27,923 nucleotides of DNA from Crocinitomicaceae bacterium (lineage in GTDB: Bacteria; Bacteroidota; Bacteroidia; Flavobacteriales_D; Crocinitomicaceae): the NCBI GenBank assembly GCA_040379905.1, contig JBEIKF010000001.1:1-27923 (forward strand), written 5' to 3'. The number at the start of each line of letters is the position of its first letter. Within the stretch, counting starts at the first letter, position 1. Shown one piece after another: positions 1 to 8,800 of this stretch. A program made the translations under genes and the position numbers. The notes beneath the pieces are model-generated. The model saw nothing but the letters and a program-made list of their open reading frames with translations. It had not been told where the DNA came from and did no database searches.

Positions 1-1989
1 ATACGTTCCAACAGGCGCGTTGTTATATTTAATTTGTTCAGTGGCATTCCCTCCATTTGCTGATGTTGACAACAAAGTGCCTGCGCTGTTATACAATCTT
101 AAATCATAATCCGCTGGTAGGTTGGATAAAGTCACACGAATATTTTTTGCTGTTGACGTATTAGAAAATTTAAACCAATCAGTATCTGTACTTGTATTCA
201 ACAAAGCTGTGATGTTCGTATTTGCAGCTATTGATTTGGCAGCAGAAAATGAATTATTCGTTTCATAAGAATCTGTACAAGTGGAGGTACTTGATGCTTG
301 AGTAGTGAAGTTAGTCCCTGCTATGTATGCACTGCTTCCACTTGAACAATTCGTCCGAACTTGCCAATTGTAAGTAGTAGAGGAAGTTAAACCAGTTAAA
401 TTATAACTTGCACTCGTTGTTGAAACGGATGTCCAAGTAGTTGCAGTTGATTTCTTGAATTGAAGTGTGTAGCTCGTTGCTCCCGTAACAGCCCCCCAAG
501 AAATAGTAGCTGTTGTAGTTCCTATGGTCGAATTCGTCAATCCACTTGGTGTGCCGCAGGTTGTTCCTGTTGAACCAGCTTGGATAGAGAGTGTATAATC
601 TTCAACTTCTCCGTAAGTGAAAGATTCACAAGGACCTGTAATTGCACCATCTTTCATCATGACACGCATCCTAACATTTCCTGTTATTGCAGTGGTTGGA
701 ATAGTAATTGATGCAGTAACTGCAGTACTTGTTGCCGGTGAAGTGTAAACTAGTTCTCCCACATCGGCAAAGTCCAAATCACCATTATAATCAACATATA
801 CTCTGAAATACTCAGGATATGTAGTACTTGCAAAGCTTGGTGTTAATGTAAGTGTGTATGCCGTTCCTTTGTTAACTAAAGTAGATATTGAAGTGAAATT
901 CGAATAACCTCCACCTCCTGTTGATGAATTGTTTATTGTGTTAAATTTAACATTGGAAATCCATTCGAATTGGGTATTGCTTCCTGCCGCAGCGCAATAT
1001 GCCGGAGTGGATGTCCCGCCTCCTGAGCTTCCAGAACAACCCGGAGATGTTGCTAAACCTGCTCGTGCACCACCCGATACGAAAAGTGCTTGCATTCTTG
1101 CTTTTTGTCCGCTGGAGAACATTTGCATACATGCATCATCCACATAATCCATGTAATTCATAAACATTTCAGCCGAAGTTCCACAAGAATTAGAACGTGG
1201 ATGAGAAGGACAACCATAATTTGATGTATTGTGAACAGGTGTGTCTGAAACTAAATCACTACCACAAGTAGCATCACCCCAAATGTGACGTAAGTTCAGC
1301 CAATGACCGACTTCGTGTGTCGCAGTTCTTCCTTTATTGAATGGCGCTTGAGCTGTGCCCGTAGTTCCAAAACAAGTGTATCCGACTACAACACCATCAG
1401 ATGCTGACGCTCCGCCTGGAAACTGAGCATACCCCAAAATTCCGCCACTCATATTACAAACCCAAATGTTCAAGTATTGATTTGCTGGCCAAGCATTACT
1501 TCCTCCTGATGACGCATACTTCACACCATCATTGGTTGAAAACGACGCTTGACTCGTTTGTACTCTCAAAATTCCCGTTGTTGGGTTACCATTTGGATCT
1601 CGGTTTGCTAAACAAAAGTTAATTTCAGCATCTGCAACTAAGCTCGTAAAAGTTGAAGGAACTAAACTCAAATCTGTATTTAGTTTTCTGAAATCCTTGT
1701 TCAATACATCCAATTGGGATTGAATTTGAGCATCTGAAACGTTTTGAGCCGAAGTGTTGTAAACCACATGAACAACAACCGGAATTGTTATTACAGCTTT
1801 ATTCTGATCTACTTTACCCGAGCTAATTGCATAATTCGTAAATTCTTCAATTTTTTGAATTCGTTCAAAAAGATGAGGGTCACTTTGTAACAAGCGTTCG
1901 TGATTATCCATTGTATGACATGAACGTTGTTGAGCGTTTAAAAGCGCTACAAAAAATAAAGAATAAAAAAGAAAAGTAATTTTTTTCAT
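1..1989 (-). CDS. Secreted M43 (pappalysin/ulilysin-like) zinc metalloprotease with GEVED, FN3 and PPC-like domains; 3' end runs off the left edge
   Basis: Hand translation from ATG at 1989 (MKKITFLFYSLFFVALLNAQQRSC) is open to base 1 (663 codons). It shows a signal peptide, HEVGHWLNLRH zinc motif (1285-1317), Met-turn MFMNYMDY, the literal GEVED motif, an FN3-like repeat and a PPC-like segment (DTDWFKF...LPADYDLRLYN). Absent from the ORF track because there is no stop in the window. Confidence 0.93.
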   Translation of the reverse strand, partial: MKKITFLFYSLFFVALLNAQQRSCHTMDNHERLLQSDPHLFERIQKIEEFTNYAISSGKVDQNKAVITIPVVVHVVYNTSAQNVSDAQIQSQLDVLNKDFRKLNTDLSLVPSTFTSLVADAEINFCLANRDPNGNPTTGILRVQTSQASFSTNDGVKYASSGGSNAWPANQYLNIWVCNMSGGILGYAQFPGGASASDGVVVGYTCFGTTGTAQAPFNKGRTATHEVGHWLNLRHIWGDATCGSDLVSDTPVHNTSNYGCPSHPRSNSCGTSAEMFMNYMDYVDDACMQMFSSGQKARMQALFVSGGARAGLATSPGCSGSSGGGTSTPAYCAAAGSNTQFEWISNVKFNTINNSSTGGGGYSNFTSISTLVNKGTAYTLTLTPSFASTTYPEYFRVYVDYNGDLDFADVGELVYTSPATSTAVTASITIPTTAITGNVRMRVMMKDGAITGPCESFTYGEVEDYTLSIQAGSTGTTCGTPSGLTNSTIGTTTATISWGAVTGATSYTLQFKKSTATTWTSVSTTSASYNLTGLTSSTTYNWQVRTNCSSGSSAYIAGTNFTTQASSTSTCTDSYETNNSFSAAKSIAANTNITALLNTSTDTDWFKFSNTSTAKNIRVTLSNLPADYDLRLYNSAGTLLSTSANGGNATEQIKYNNAPVGTY

Positions 1990-2008
1990 AGTAGGAATGA
2001 TTTAATGT

Positions 2009-2016
2009 CAAATATA
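2009..2016 (-). promoter_or_regulatory. Bacteroidota sigma70 -7 element (TATATTTG) for the M43 gene
   Basis: Matches TAnnTTTG 19 nt upstream of the ATG; no -33 TTTG at canonical spacing. Confidence 0.6.
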
Positions 2017-2041
2017 AAAATTCCAAACTAAAATGAACCAG

Positions 2042-3073
2042 CTAGAAATTAAAAATTCGCGCATAATTTCCCTCTATGTATCTTTCAATGACCCGGGGAA
2101 CAGGATAATTTGAAATATCAACGTTGTTGACCCAAAATTGATCGTTCTTTCTTAGATCATCCAGCCCTTTTGAAACTACAAAGTGACAATATAAATGTTG
2201 ATGACTTAAAATATGCTTCACCTCAGTTGAGACAAATTCAAAATTTCCATTCTGAATGAAATCCATCTTTTCAGACGCATCATTAAATTCAATCAAAGGA
2301 AATTGGAACATGTTTTTCCAAATACCTGAATCGACTCGTTTTTCTAGTAAAACATTCCCTTCATTTTGAATGATTTGGAAAACAAAATATTTTTTGGTGA
2401 TTTTTGTCTTCCCAATTTTTACGGGTAATTGTTTGACAGAATTTTTAGCTTTTGCTTCACACATAAAATCAAGTGGGCATTGATCGCATTTTGGGTTAAT
2501 GTGAGAACAGTGAATTTCACCAAATTCCATAATCGCTTGATTGTACTGGGCAGGATTCTTTTTATTTAGCAATTCATCCGCAAGTTCTTGAAATTCCTTT
2601 TTACCCTGGGTAGTATCTATTGGTGTTTTTAGCCCAAACAAACGACTTAATACTCGAAAAACATTACCATCCAAAACTGCTTTAGGTTCTCCAAACGCGA
2701 AGGATGAAATTGCAGCAGCGGTATATGAACCGATTCCTTTTAATTTTATTATTTCTTCATATGAGGATGGGAAATTCCCTTGGTGATAATCTACAATAAA
2801 CTTTGCTGTTGCGTGTAAATTTCTAGCCCTACTATAATATCCCAATCCTTTCCATAGATTTAGTACTACTATTTCTTCAGCCTGAGCTAAATGTTTAATC
2901 GTTGGAAAAGCCGATTTGAATTTTAAATAATATTGAAGTCCTTGATCAACGCGAGTTTGCTGCAATATTATCTCACTTAGCCAAATGAAATAGGGGTCAA
3001 TTGTGTCGCGCCAAGGTAGCCCTCTCTTTTTTTTCTCGTACCACTGAACTAAACTTGTTTGAAATTGTTCCAT
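2042..3073 (-). CDS. mutY: A/G-specific adenine DNA glycosylase MutY
   Basis: WLSEIILQQTRV, LGYYSRARNLH, HhH motif LKGIGSYTA, catalytic LDGNV, [4Fe-4S] motif C-x6-C-x2-C-x5-C (CSHINPKCDQCPLDFMC), NUDIX-like C-terminus. Confidence 0.97.
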   Translation of the reverse strand: MEQFQTSLVQWYEKKKRGLPWRDTIDPYFIWLSEIILQQTRVDQGLQYYLKFKSAFPTIKHLAQAEEIVVLNLWKGLGYYSRARNLHATAKFIVDYHQGNFPSSYEEIIKLKGIGSYTAAAISSFAFGEPKAVLDGNVFRVLSRLFGLKTPIDTTQGKKEFQELADELLNKKNPAQYNQAIMEFGEIHCSHINPKCDQCPLDFMCEAKAKNSVKQLPVKIGKTKITKKYFVFQIIQNEGNVLLEKRVDSGIWKNMFQFPLIEFNDASEKMDFIQNGNFEFVSTEVKHILSHQHLYCHFVVSKGLDDLRKNDQFWVNNVDISNYPVPRVIERYIEGNYARIFNF

Positions 3074-3128
3074 AATTCAAATTTCTGCAAAAAAGAACAG
3101 AAAAACATAATTTTAAATTCTGAACGAT

Positions 3129-3136
3129 TATTTTTG
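3129..3136 (+). promoter_or_regulatory. -7 element (TATTTTTG) for the HU gene
   Basis: Exact TAnnTTTG 40 nt upstream of the HU ATG in the divergent mutY/HU gap. Confidence 0.6.
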
Positions 3137-3176
3137 CAGCCGAAAACTATAAATAGTAATTTAAAACAAACAAAAT

Positions 3177-3467
3177 ATGACTAAAGCAGATATCGTTGCA
3201 GACATTGCAGAGGAGACAGGATTAGAAAGAGCAGAAGCGCTTAGAGCTGTTGAAGCTTTTATGAATTCAATAAAAAATTCATTATCAAAAGGACAAAATG
3301 TATACTTAAGAGGTTTTGGAAGTTTCGTTGTGAAGGAAAGAGCAGAAAAAACAGGAAGAAACATTTCCAAAAAAACAACAATCATTATCCCAGCACACAA
3401 TATTCCTTCTTTCAAGCCAGCAAAAACTTTTGTTGAAGATGTAAAGAAGAAAGTTCTTGTAAAATAA
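3177..3467 (+). CDS. hup: HU family nucleoid-associated DNA-binding protein
   Basis: MTKADIV...VYLRGFGSF...RAEKTGRNISK...IPAHNIPSFKP, Bacteroidota-type HU, 96 aa. Confidence 0.96.
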   Translation: MTKADIVADIAEETGLERAEALRAVEAFMNSIKNSLSKGQNVYLRGFGSFVVKERAEKTGRNISKKTTIIIPAHNIPSFKPAKTFVEDVKKKVLVK

Positions 3468-3473
3468 ATTGCT

Positions 3474-3504
3474 TTTGTTTTTTTGAAAATTTTAATTACC
3501 TTTG
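3474..3504 (+). promoter_or_regulatory. Complete Bacteroidota sigma70 promoter for bS22/rng
   Basis: TTTG (3474-3477), 19-nt spacer, TACCTTTG (3497-3504): full -33/-7 consensus. Confidence 0.75.
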
Positions 3505-3533
3505 CACTCCCTTTTAGGGGGTGCTTTTTATTT
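3504..3533 (+). terminator. Intrinsic terminator downstream of HU
   Basis: GCACTCCCT-TTT-AGGGGGTGC 9-bp stem (one G-U pair) followed by TTTTTATTT. Confidence 0.7.
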
Positions 3534-3559
3534 AAGATAGTTAATTAAATCATAATATT

Positions 3560-3652
3560 ATGCCAAGCGGTAAAAAAAGAAAAAGACATAAGATGGCGAC
3601 TCATAAACGCAAAAAACGTCTTAGAAAAAATCGTCACAAGAAGAAGAAATAA
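3560..3652 (+). CDS. 30S ribosomal protein bS22 (AURKAIP1/COX24/mS38-like), 30 aa
   Basis: MPSGKKRKRHKMATHKRKKRLRKNRHKKKK*. Lys/Arg-rich, carries the KKRKRHKM...HKRKKR signature, has its own promoter. Below the ORF-track length cutoff. Confidence 0.9.
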   Translation: MPSGKKRKRHKMATHKRKKRLRKNRHKKKK

Positions 3653-3672
3653 TCTTCTGATTTCAAGAAAAG

Positions 3673-3700
3673 AAGGCTCAGTGAATGTTCATTGAGCTTT
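3673..3700 (+). other. 12-bp RNA hairpin between bS22 and rng
   Basis: AAGGCTCAGTGA-ATGT-TCATTGAGCTTT (two G-U pairs), only a weak U-tail. Confidence 0.55.
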
Positions 3701-3729
3701 CATTGTTTAAATATCTTAAAATTTAACTT

Positions 3730-5277
3730 GTGAACCTCGAGTTAGTTGTAGACGCAAGGTCCAGTGGAATTTGGCTCGGATTATTGCGTGACGGAAAATT
3801 AATAGAATTACACGAAGAGCGTGGCAATTCCGACTTTGCAGTTGGTGATATTTACCTTGGGAGAGTAAGAAGAATTGCTCCAAGTTTAAATGCCGCCTTT
3901 GTAGATGTTGGATACGAAAAAGACGCTTTTTTACACTACTTGGACTTAGGTCCACAATATAATTCGTTGAGTCGTTTTGTCAAAGACACGCTTAATGGGA
4001 AACAAAATGTGGCTGACTTGATGTATTTCAAGTTAGAAAGAGACATTCCAAAAGAAGGAAAAATTAGTGATATAGTTTCTTCCTCTCAGCCAATCCTGGT
4101 TCAGGTTGCAAAAGAGCCCATTTCATCGAAAGGCCCCCGATTGTGTTCTGAAGTTACACTTGCGGGTAGGTATTTGGTGTTGGTTCCGTTTTCTGATAAA
4201 ATTTCAGTTAGCCAAAAGATTAAAGATCAGGAGGAAAAAGATCGATTAAAGGAATTAATGGATCGGATAAAGCCAAAGAATTTTGGTGTTATCATTCGAA
4301 CAGTTGCGGAGCATAAGTCAACATTAGACCTAGAGCAAGATTTGAAAAATCTACTTGAAAAGTGGAAAACGATGCATGCAAACATAAAAGGTGGTCAGCC
4401 GCCGAAGCGTGTTTTGGGAGAATTGAATACGACAACATCCATTCTTCGCGATTTATTGAATGCGGATTTTACCAATATTCATGTAAATGATACAGGCCTT
4501 GTTGCCGAAATGAAGGAATACGTTCAAAGTATTGCTCCTGGAAAGGAAAAAATAGTTCGTTTGTATGATGGAAAATTGGACATTTTTGAAAAATTCGGCA
4601 TCAATAAACAAATCAAAACGCTTTTTGGAAAAAAAGTTCCTTTGCCTAGTGGAGGTTATTTAATTATTGAGCATACTGAAGCGATGCACGTTATTGATGT
4701 AAATAGCGGAAATCGAAAAGGTGCTGACGGGCAGGAATCAAATGCGCTTGCAACCAATATTGAAGCAGCGGAGGAGATTGCTCGCGTTTTACAGCTTCGT
4801 GACATGGGAGGAATCGTTTGTATAGATTTTATTGATATGCACGAAAAAGAGAATAACCGAATTCTTTTTGAAAAAATGAAAGAATTCATGAAATCGGATC
4901 GTGCCAAACATAATTTAATTCCTCCTTCGAAATTTGGTGTGATCGAAATTACACGTCAACGCGTGCGACCAGAAACAGATATTCAAACTGCGGAAACTTG
5001 TCCAACCTGTAATGGAAGCGGCGAAGTTCAAGCGAGTATTTTATTTGCGGAAGAAATTGAAAACAATTTGAGTTATCTCTTGTCAGATCGAAAGGAGAAA
5101 AACGTTACGTTACTTGTTCATCCATACTTGGAAGCTTATTTTAAAAATGGCATGATAAGTCGTCAACTAAAATGGTTTTTCAAGTATAAAAAATGGATTC
5201 CTGTTCGTGGGATAACCGCTCATCACCTTCTTCAATATTCCTTTGTAAACAAGGAAAATGAGGAGATAGCTCTATAA
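3730..5277 (+). CDS. rng: Rne/Rng family ribonuclease (RNase G-like, no long C-terminal scaffold)
   Basis: S1 domain (GDIYLGRV...AAFVDVG), catalytic VIDVNSG and IDFIDM, Zn-link CPTC; GTG start, 515 aa. Confidence 0.95.
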   Translation: MNLELVVDARSSGIWLGLLRDGKLIELHEERGNSDFAVGDIYLGRVRRIAPSLNAAFVDVGYEKDAFLHYLDLGPQYNSLSRFVKDTLNGKQNVADLMYFKLERDIPKEGKISDIVSSSQPILVQVAKEPISSKGPRLCSEVTLAGRYLVLVPFSDKISVSQKIKDQEEKDRLKELMDRIKPKNFGVIIRTVAEHKSTLDLEQDLKNLLEKWKTMHANIKGGQPPKRVLGELNTTTSILRDLLNADFTNIHVNDTGLVAEMKEYVQSIAPGKEKIVRLYDGKLDIFEKFGINKQIKTLFGKKVPLPSGGYLIIEHTEAMHVIDVNSGNRKGADGQESNALATNIEAAEEIARVLQLRDMGGIVCIDFIDMHEKENNRILFEKMKEFMKSDRAKHNLIPPSKFGVIEITRQRVRPETDIQTAETCPTCNGSGEVQASILFAEEIENNLSYLLSDRKEKNVTLLVHPYLEAYFKNGMISRQLKWFFKYKKWIPVRGITAHHLLQYSFVNKENEEIAL

Positions 5278-5282
5278 AAATC

Positions 5283-5726
5283 GTGGAAATTGATGATTTA
5301 ATCGTTAAGCTTGAATCTTATTGCGCTTATCAGGAACGTTGTCTTTTCGAAATTCAAAACAAGTTAAATCAGCTTGGTGCAACTGAATCAAAGGCTAAAA
5401 AGGTAATTGAACACCTCGAAAAGTTTCGTTTTTATGATCAAAAACGGTTTGCTCAAAGTTTCGCACAAGGAAAACTACGAATAAACAAGTGGGGTAAGGC
5501 GAAAATAAAAGCTGCCTTAATTCAAAAATTCATAGATAAAGAAACCATTAAGGATGCTTTATGTTCAATAGATTACGACGAGTATTTATCAATTCTTAAA
5601 GACTTGATTCATCGAAAGAATACAGAACTTTCCAAAGAAAAAGATGAGTGGCTTAAAAAACAAAAAATCCTCCGGTTTTTGAGCTCCAGAGGATTTTCTT
5701 ATGATGAAATTCAGGAATTTCTCTAA
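5283..5726 (+). CDS. recX: Regulatory protein RecX
   Basis: YCAYQERC...E, D.KRFAQSF..GK...KWGK.KI, C-terminal RFLSSRGF three-helix repeats. Confidence 0.9.
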   Translation: MEIDDLIVKLESYCAYQERCLFEIQNKLNQLGATESKAKKVIEHLEKFRFYDQKRFAQSFAQGKLRINKWGKAKIKAALIQKFIDKETIKDALCSIDYDEYLSILKDLIHRKNTELSKEKDEWLKKQKILRFLSSRGFSYDEIQEFL

Positions 5727-5729
5727 ACC

Positions 5730-6212
5730 TTATTTGCCAGATATAAATGCATTTGCGCCATTTATCCAGTTTTGGGCACCTCCAGCAACATATCCGGTTT
5801 GACCAAGTTGACCAAGATTCAGTTTACCTTCTTTCGTTTTTTCAGGTTTAACAAACCAAACAGTTGGGTAGCCACGAACTGAAAATTGTTGCTGCAACAG
5901 GTTGTTTTGTTGACGTATTTCATCCGTTTGTTTTTTATACGCTTCTCCTTTTGAACTTGGAAAATCAACTTCAACCAATACTACATTGTCCTTCGCCCAT
6001 TTTACAAATTCTTCTTGGTAAAAAACTTCTTTCTGTAATTTGTGACACCACCCACACCAATCGCTTCCGGTGAAAAATAACATCATTGGTTTCTTCTCTT
6101 TTTGAGAAATTGAAACCGCTTTTTGTAAATCATTATGCCAAGTCAACGCTTCTTTTTGTGAAAAAGAAACAAATGTTATAAGGGCAAATGCAGATAATAG
6201 AATACTTTTCAT
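5730..6212 (-). CDS. Exported thioredoxin-family thiol-disulfide oxidoreductase
   Basis: Signal peptide, FTGSDWCGWC active site, cis-Pro motif GYPT. Confidence 0.9.
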   Translation of the reverse strand: MKSILLSAFALITFVSFSQKEALTWHNDLQKAVSISQKEKKPMMLFFTGSDWCGWCHKLQKEVFYQEEFVKWAKDNVVLVEVDFPSSKGEAYKKQTDEIRQQNNLLQQQFSVRGYPTVWFVKPEKTKEGKLNLGQLGQTGYVAGGAQNWINGANAFISGK

Positions 6213-6335
6213 ACGTTTATTTTAGATAAAATTAATAATATTTTCTCCACTTTTCAAAAACCGTGCAAAACTTTAAAAAAGTGAACATTGAATTATAAAT
6301 CAACGAAAAAACTTAATTTCGTTAAAAATAATTTG

Positions 6336-8792
6336 ATGAAAAATTTGTTAATTCTCGGGTTTTTGTGCTTCTCATCATGGGTTTTTGGACAAGTTCCAAC
6401 CCAAACGGTAAGAGGAAAAGTATATGATAGCGAAACGAATTACCCGCTATATGGTGTGAAAATTGAAATCAACATTTCTGAATCCAATACATTGCGTTGT
6501 GCGTCAATAGAGGACGGTTCGTTTGAAATTAAGAATGTCCCTATTGGTAAATACGATTTATCCGCTTCCTTAGCCCTTTACGAAAGTAAAACAGTAACAA
6601 TCGAAGTGAATTCAGGTAAGGAAATGATCGTAAACATTCCATTGTTGGAGCGTGTTTCTCAGAAACAAGAAGTTAAAGTTGTTGGAAGGAAGAAAGGTGA
6701 GGTTATTAATGAAATGGCTTTAATTTCAGCTCAACAATTTAGTGTGGAGGAAACAAACCGTTATCCGGGTTCACGCATGGATCCGGCTCGTATGGCTTCC
6801 AATTTTGCGGGTGTTCAAGGTTCAGACGATTCACGCAATGATATTGTTGTTCGCGGCAATTCACCTCTGGGAGTGATTTACAGGGTTGAAGGAATTGACA
6901 TTCCGAATCCTTCTCACTTTGCAATTGCAGGAAGTACTGGCGGGCCAGTTTCGATTTTGAACAATAAAATTTTGGGTAATTCTGACTTTTTCATGAGCGC
7001 ATTCCCATCTGAATATGGAAATAGTACTTCTGGGGTGTTTGACTTGAAACTCCGCAACGGAAACAACAATCAGCACGAATTTACAGGTCAATTTGGTTTA
7101 TTTGGAACTGAATTACTTGCGGAAGGACCACTGGATAAATCAGGAAATTCAAGTTACTTGGTTATGGGACGTTATTCTACGCTTTCAATTTTTCAAACGT
7201 TTGGATTGAAAATAGGAACCGATGCTGTTCCTGTTTATGGTGACGCGGCCTTCAAATTTAATTGGAAATTGAAAAATGGCGGCAACTTCTCTTTGTGGGG
7301 AATGGGGGGTAAAAGCGATATAGATATTATGATTTCTGAACAAACAAAGTACTCCACAGAATTTTATGGGGAAGGAGATCGCGATCAGTATTTTGGTACA
7401 AGTATGTACGTCTCGGGTCTTACCTACAAAAAGACATTAAATGAAAAAACATACATCAGTGCAACACTCGCTGGTTCTAAAGAGGAGCAGAATACAGAAC
7501 ATATTTATTTGCACAGAAGTTTGGGCATTAATAATACTGACACAACAATTCAAGTGGATAGCATGTACAACATGATGGGGTATAATTTCCGTACTTTAAA
7601 ATTGTCAGGATATTTCTCGGTTAATCATAAAATAAATAAACATCATTTGATAAAAGCAGGTGTAATTTTAGACGCTCTTTCTTTCAATCAACAAGACTCA
7701 GTGCTTGCTGATTTAGACGATCGATCCAGTTGGAAAACGCGTTGGAATAACAATAGAAAAGGGATTCTAATGCAAACATTTATTCAATGGAAATGGAAAA
7801 TTACAGATAAAATGGATTTTACCGCTGGACTCCATTCACAATATTTTTCAATGAGTAAGAGTTTGAGTCCTGTCGAACCACGCTTGGGATGGAAATATAA
7901 AATGGGAGGAAATCAAGCCGTTTTTGCAGGTGCAGGAATGCATAGCCAAACACAACCATATTACACGTACACCTACGACCCAAATAATGATGGAAGGCCT
8001 CATAATTTAAACATGGATTTTATGCGCAGTTTTCATAGTGGATTAGGTTATGAAAAATCTTTTGGTCCTGGGTTGAATTTTAAAACTGAAATTTACTACC
8101 AGTATCTTTATAATTTGCCGATTAGTTCTACCCCAAATTCATTCTCGCTTGTAAATGCTGGTGGTGGATTTTCACGTGTGTTTCCAAATGATACGCTTGT
8201 AAATAAGGGAAAGGGATATAATTATGGCGTGGAGTTTACTCTTCAAAAGTATTTCAGCAAAACCTTTTTCTTCATGGTTTCAGCGAGCGTTTATGATTCA
8301 AAATATTTAGCTAGTGATGGCGTTTGGAGAAATACGGCTTACAAGGGAGCGAATATTTCGGATAAAATTGATTTATCTTATGTTTGGAATGTTTTGGCGG
8401 GTAAAGAATTTAAGTTGAGCGAAAAGCAAATCATTGGTTTAGGATTGAAAGTAACCCAAGCCGGAGGTCGAAGATACGGATTAGTTGACATTGCTCAGAC
8501 TAATGATTCAAAGGAACTTATTTTCCAAGATAGTTTGTTCAACGAATTAACGTTTAGAGATTATTTTAGATTGGATTTGAAATTGAGTTGGAGATTAAAC
8601 ACTTCCAAATTGACCCACGAATTTGGCCTCGACTTAGTAAATGTGCTAAATACGAGAAATCTATTGAGTTTAGCTTACGCACCAAGACTTGACCCAAATG
8701 ACACTTCCGATCCAATTACGGAGAAAGCCCAATTGGGAAGACTTCCAATCTTCTATTACAAAATAGATTTTAAAGTACGAGGCAAAAAATAA
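6336..8792 (+). CDS. TonB-dependent receptor with N-terminal carboxypeptidase-regulatory-like domain
   Basis: Signal peptide from ATG 6336 (MKNLLILGFLCF), preferred over TTG 6288 because a -7-like TAATTTCG lies at 6314-6321. Plug motifs (DPARMASNFAGV, NDIVVRGNSP, YRVEGIDIPNPSHF) and an amphipathic barrel ending YFRLDLK...FYYKIDF. Substrate unknown. Confidence 0.9.
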   Translation: MKNLLILGFLCFSSWVFGQVPTQTVRGKVYDSETNYPLYGVKIEINISESNTLRCASIEDGSFEIKNVPIGKYDLSASLALYESKTVTIEVNSGKEMIVNIPLLERVSQKQEVKVVGRKKGEVINEMALISAQQFSVEETNRYPGSRMDPARMASNFAGVQGSDDSRNDIVVRGNSPLGVIYRVEGIDIPNPSHFAIAGSTGGPVSILNNKILGNSDFFMSAFPSEYGNSTSGVFDLKLRNGNNNQHEFTGQFGLFGTELLAEGPLDKSGNSSYLVMGRYSTLSIFQTFGLKIGTDAVPVYGDAAFKFNWKLKNGGNFSLWGMGGKSDIDIMISEQTKYSTEFYGEGDRDQYFGTSMYVSGLTYKKTLNEKTYISATLAGSKEEQNTEHIYLHRSLGINNTDTTIQVDSMYNMMGYNFRTLKLSGYFSVNHKINKHHLIKAGVILDALSFNQQDSVLADLDDRSSWKTRWNNNRKGILMQTFIQWKWKITDKMDFTAGLHSQYFSMSKSLSPVEPRLGWKYKMGGNQAVFAGAGMHSQTQPYYTYTYDPNNDGRPHNLNMDFMRSFHSGLGYEKSFGPGLNFKTEIYYQYLYNLPISSTPNSFSLVNAGGGFSRVFPNDTLVNKGKGYNYGVEFTLQKYFSKTFFFMVSASVYDSKYLASDGVWRNTAYKGANISDKIDLSYVWNVLAGKEFKLSEKQIIGLGLKVTQAGGRRYGLVDIAQTNDSKELIFQDSLFNELTFRDYFRLDLKLSWRLNTSKLTHEFGLDLVNVLNTRNLLSLAYAPRLDPNDTSDPITEKAQLGRLPIFYYKIDFKVRGKK

Positions 8793-8800
8793 GCTCTAAC

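Noticed and set aside
929-1622. Short ORFs 929-1147, 947-1132 and 1401-1622
   Set aside because: They are shadows of the M43 protease frame (1-1989, minus strand) and show no recognisable motifs
5283-5726. recX without an adjacent recA
   Set aside because: Unlinked recX is usual in Bacteroidota as far as I recall
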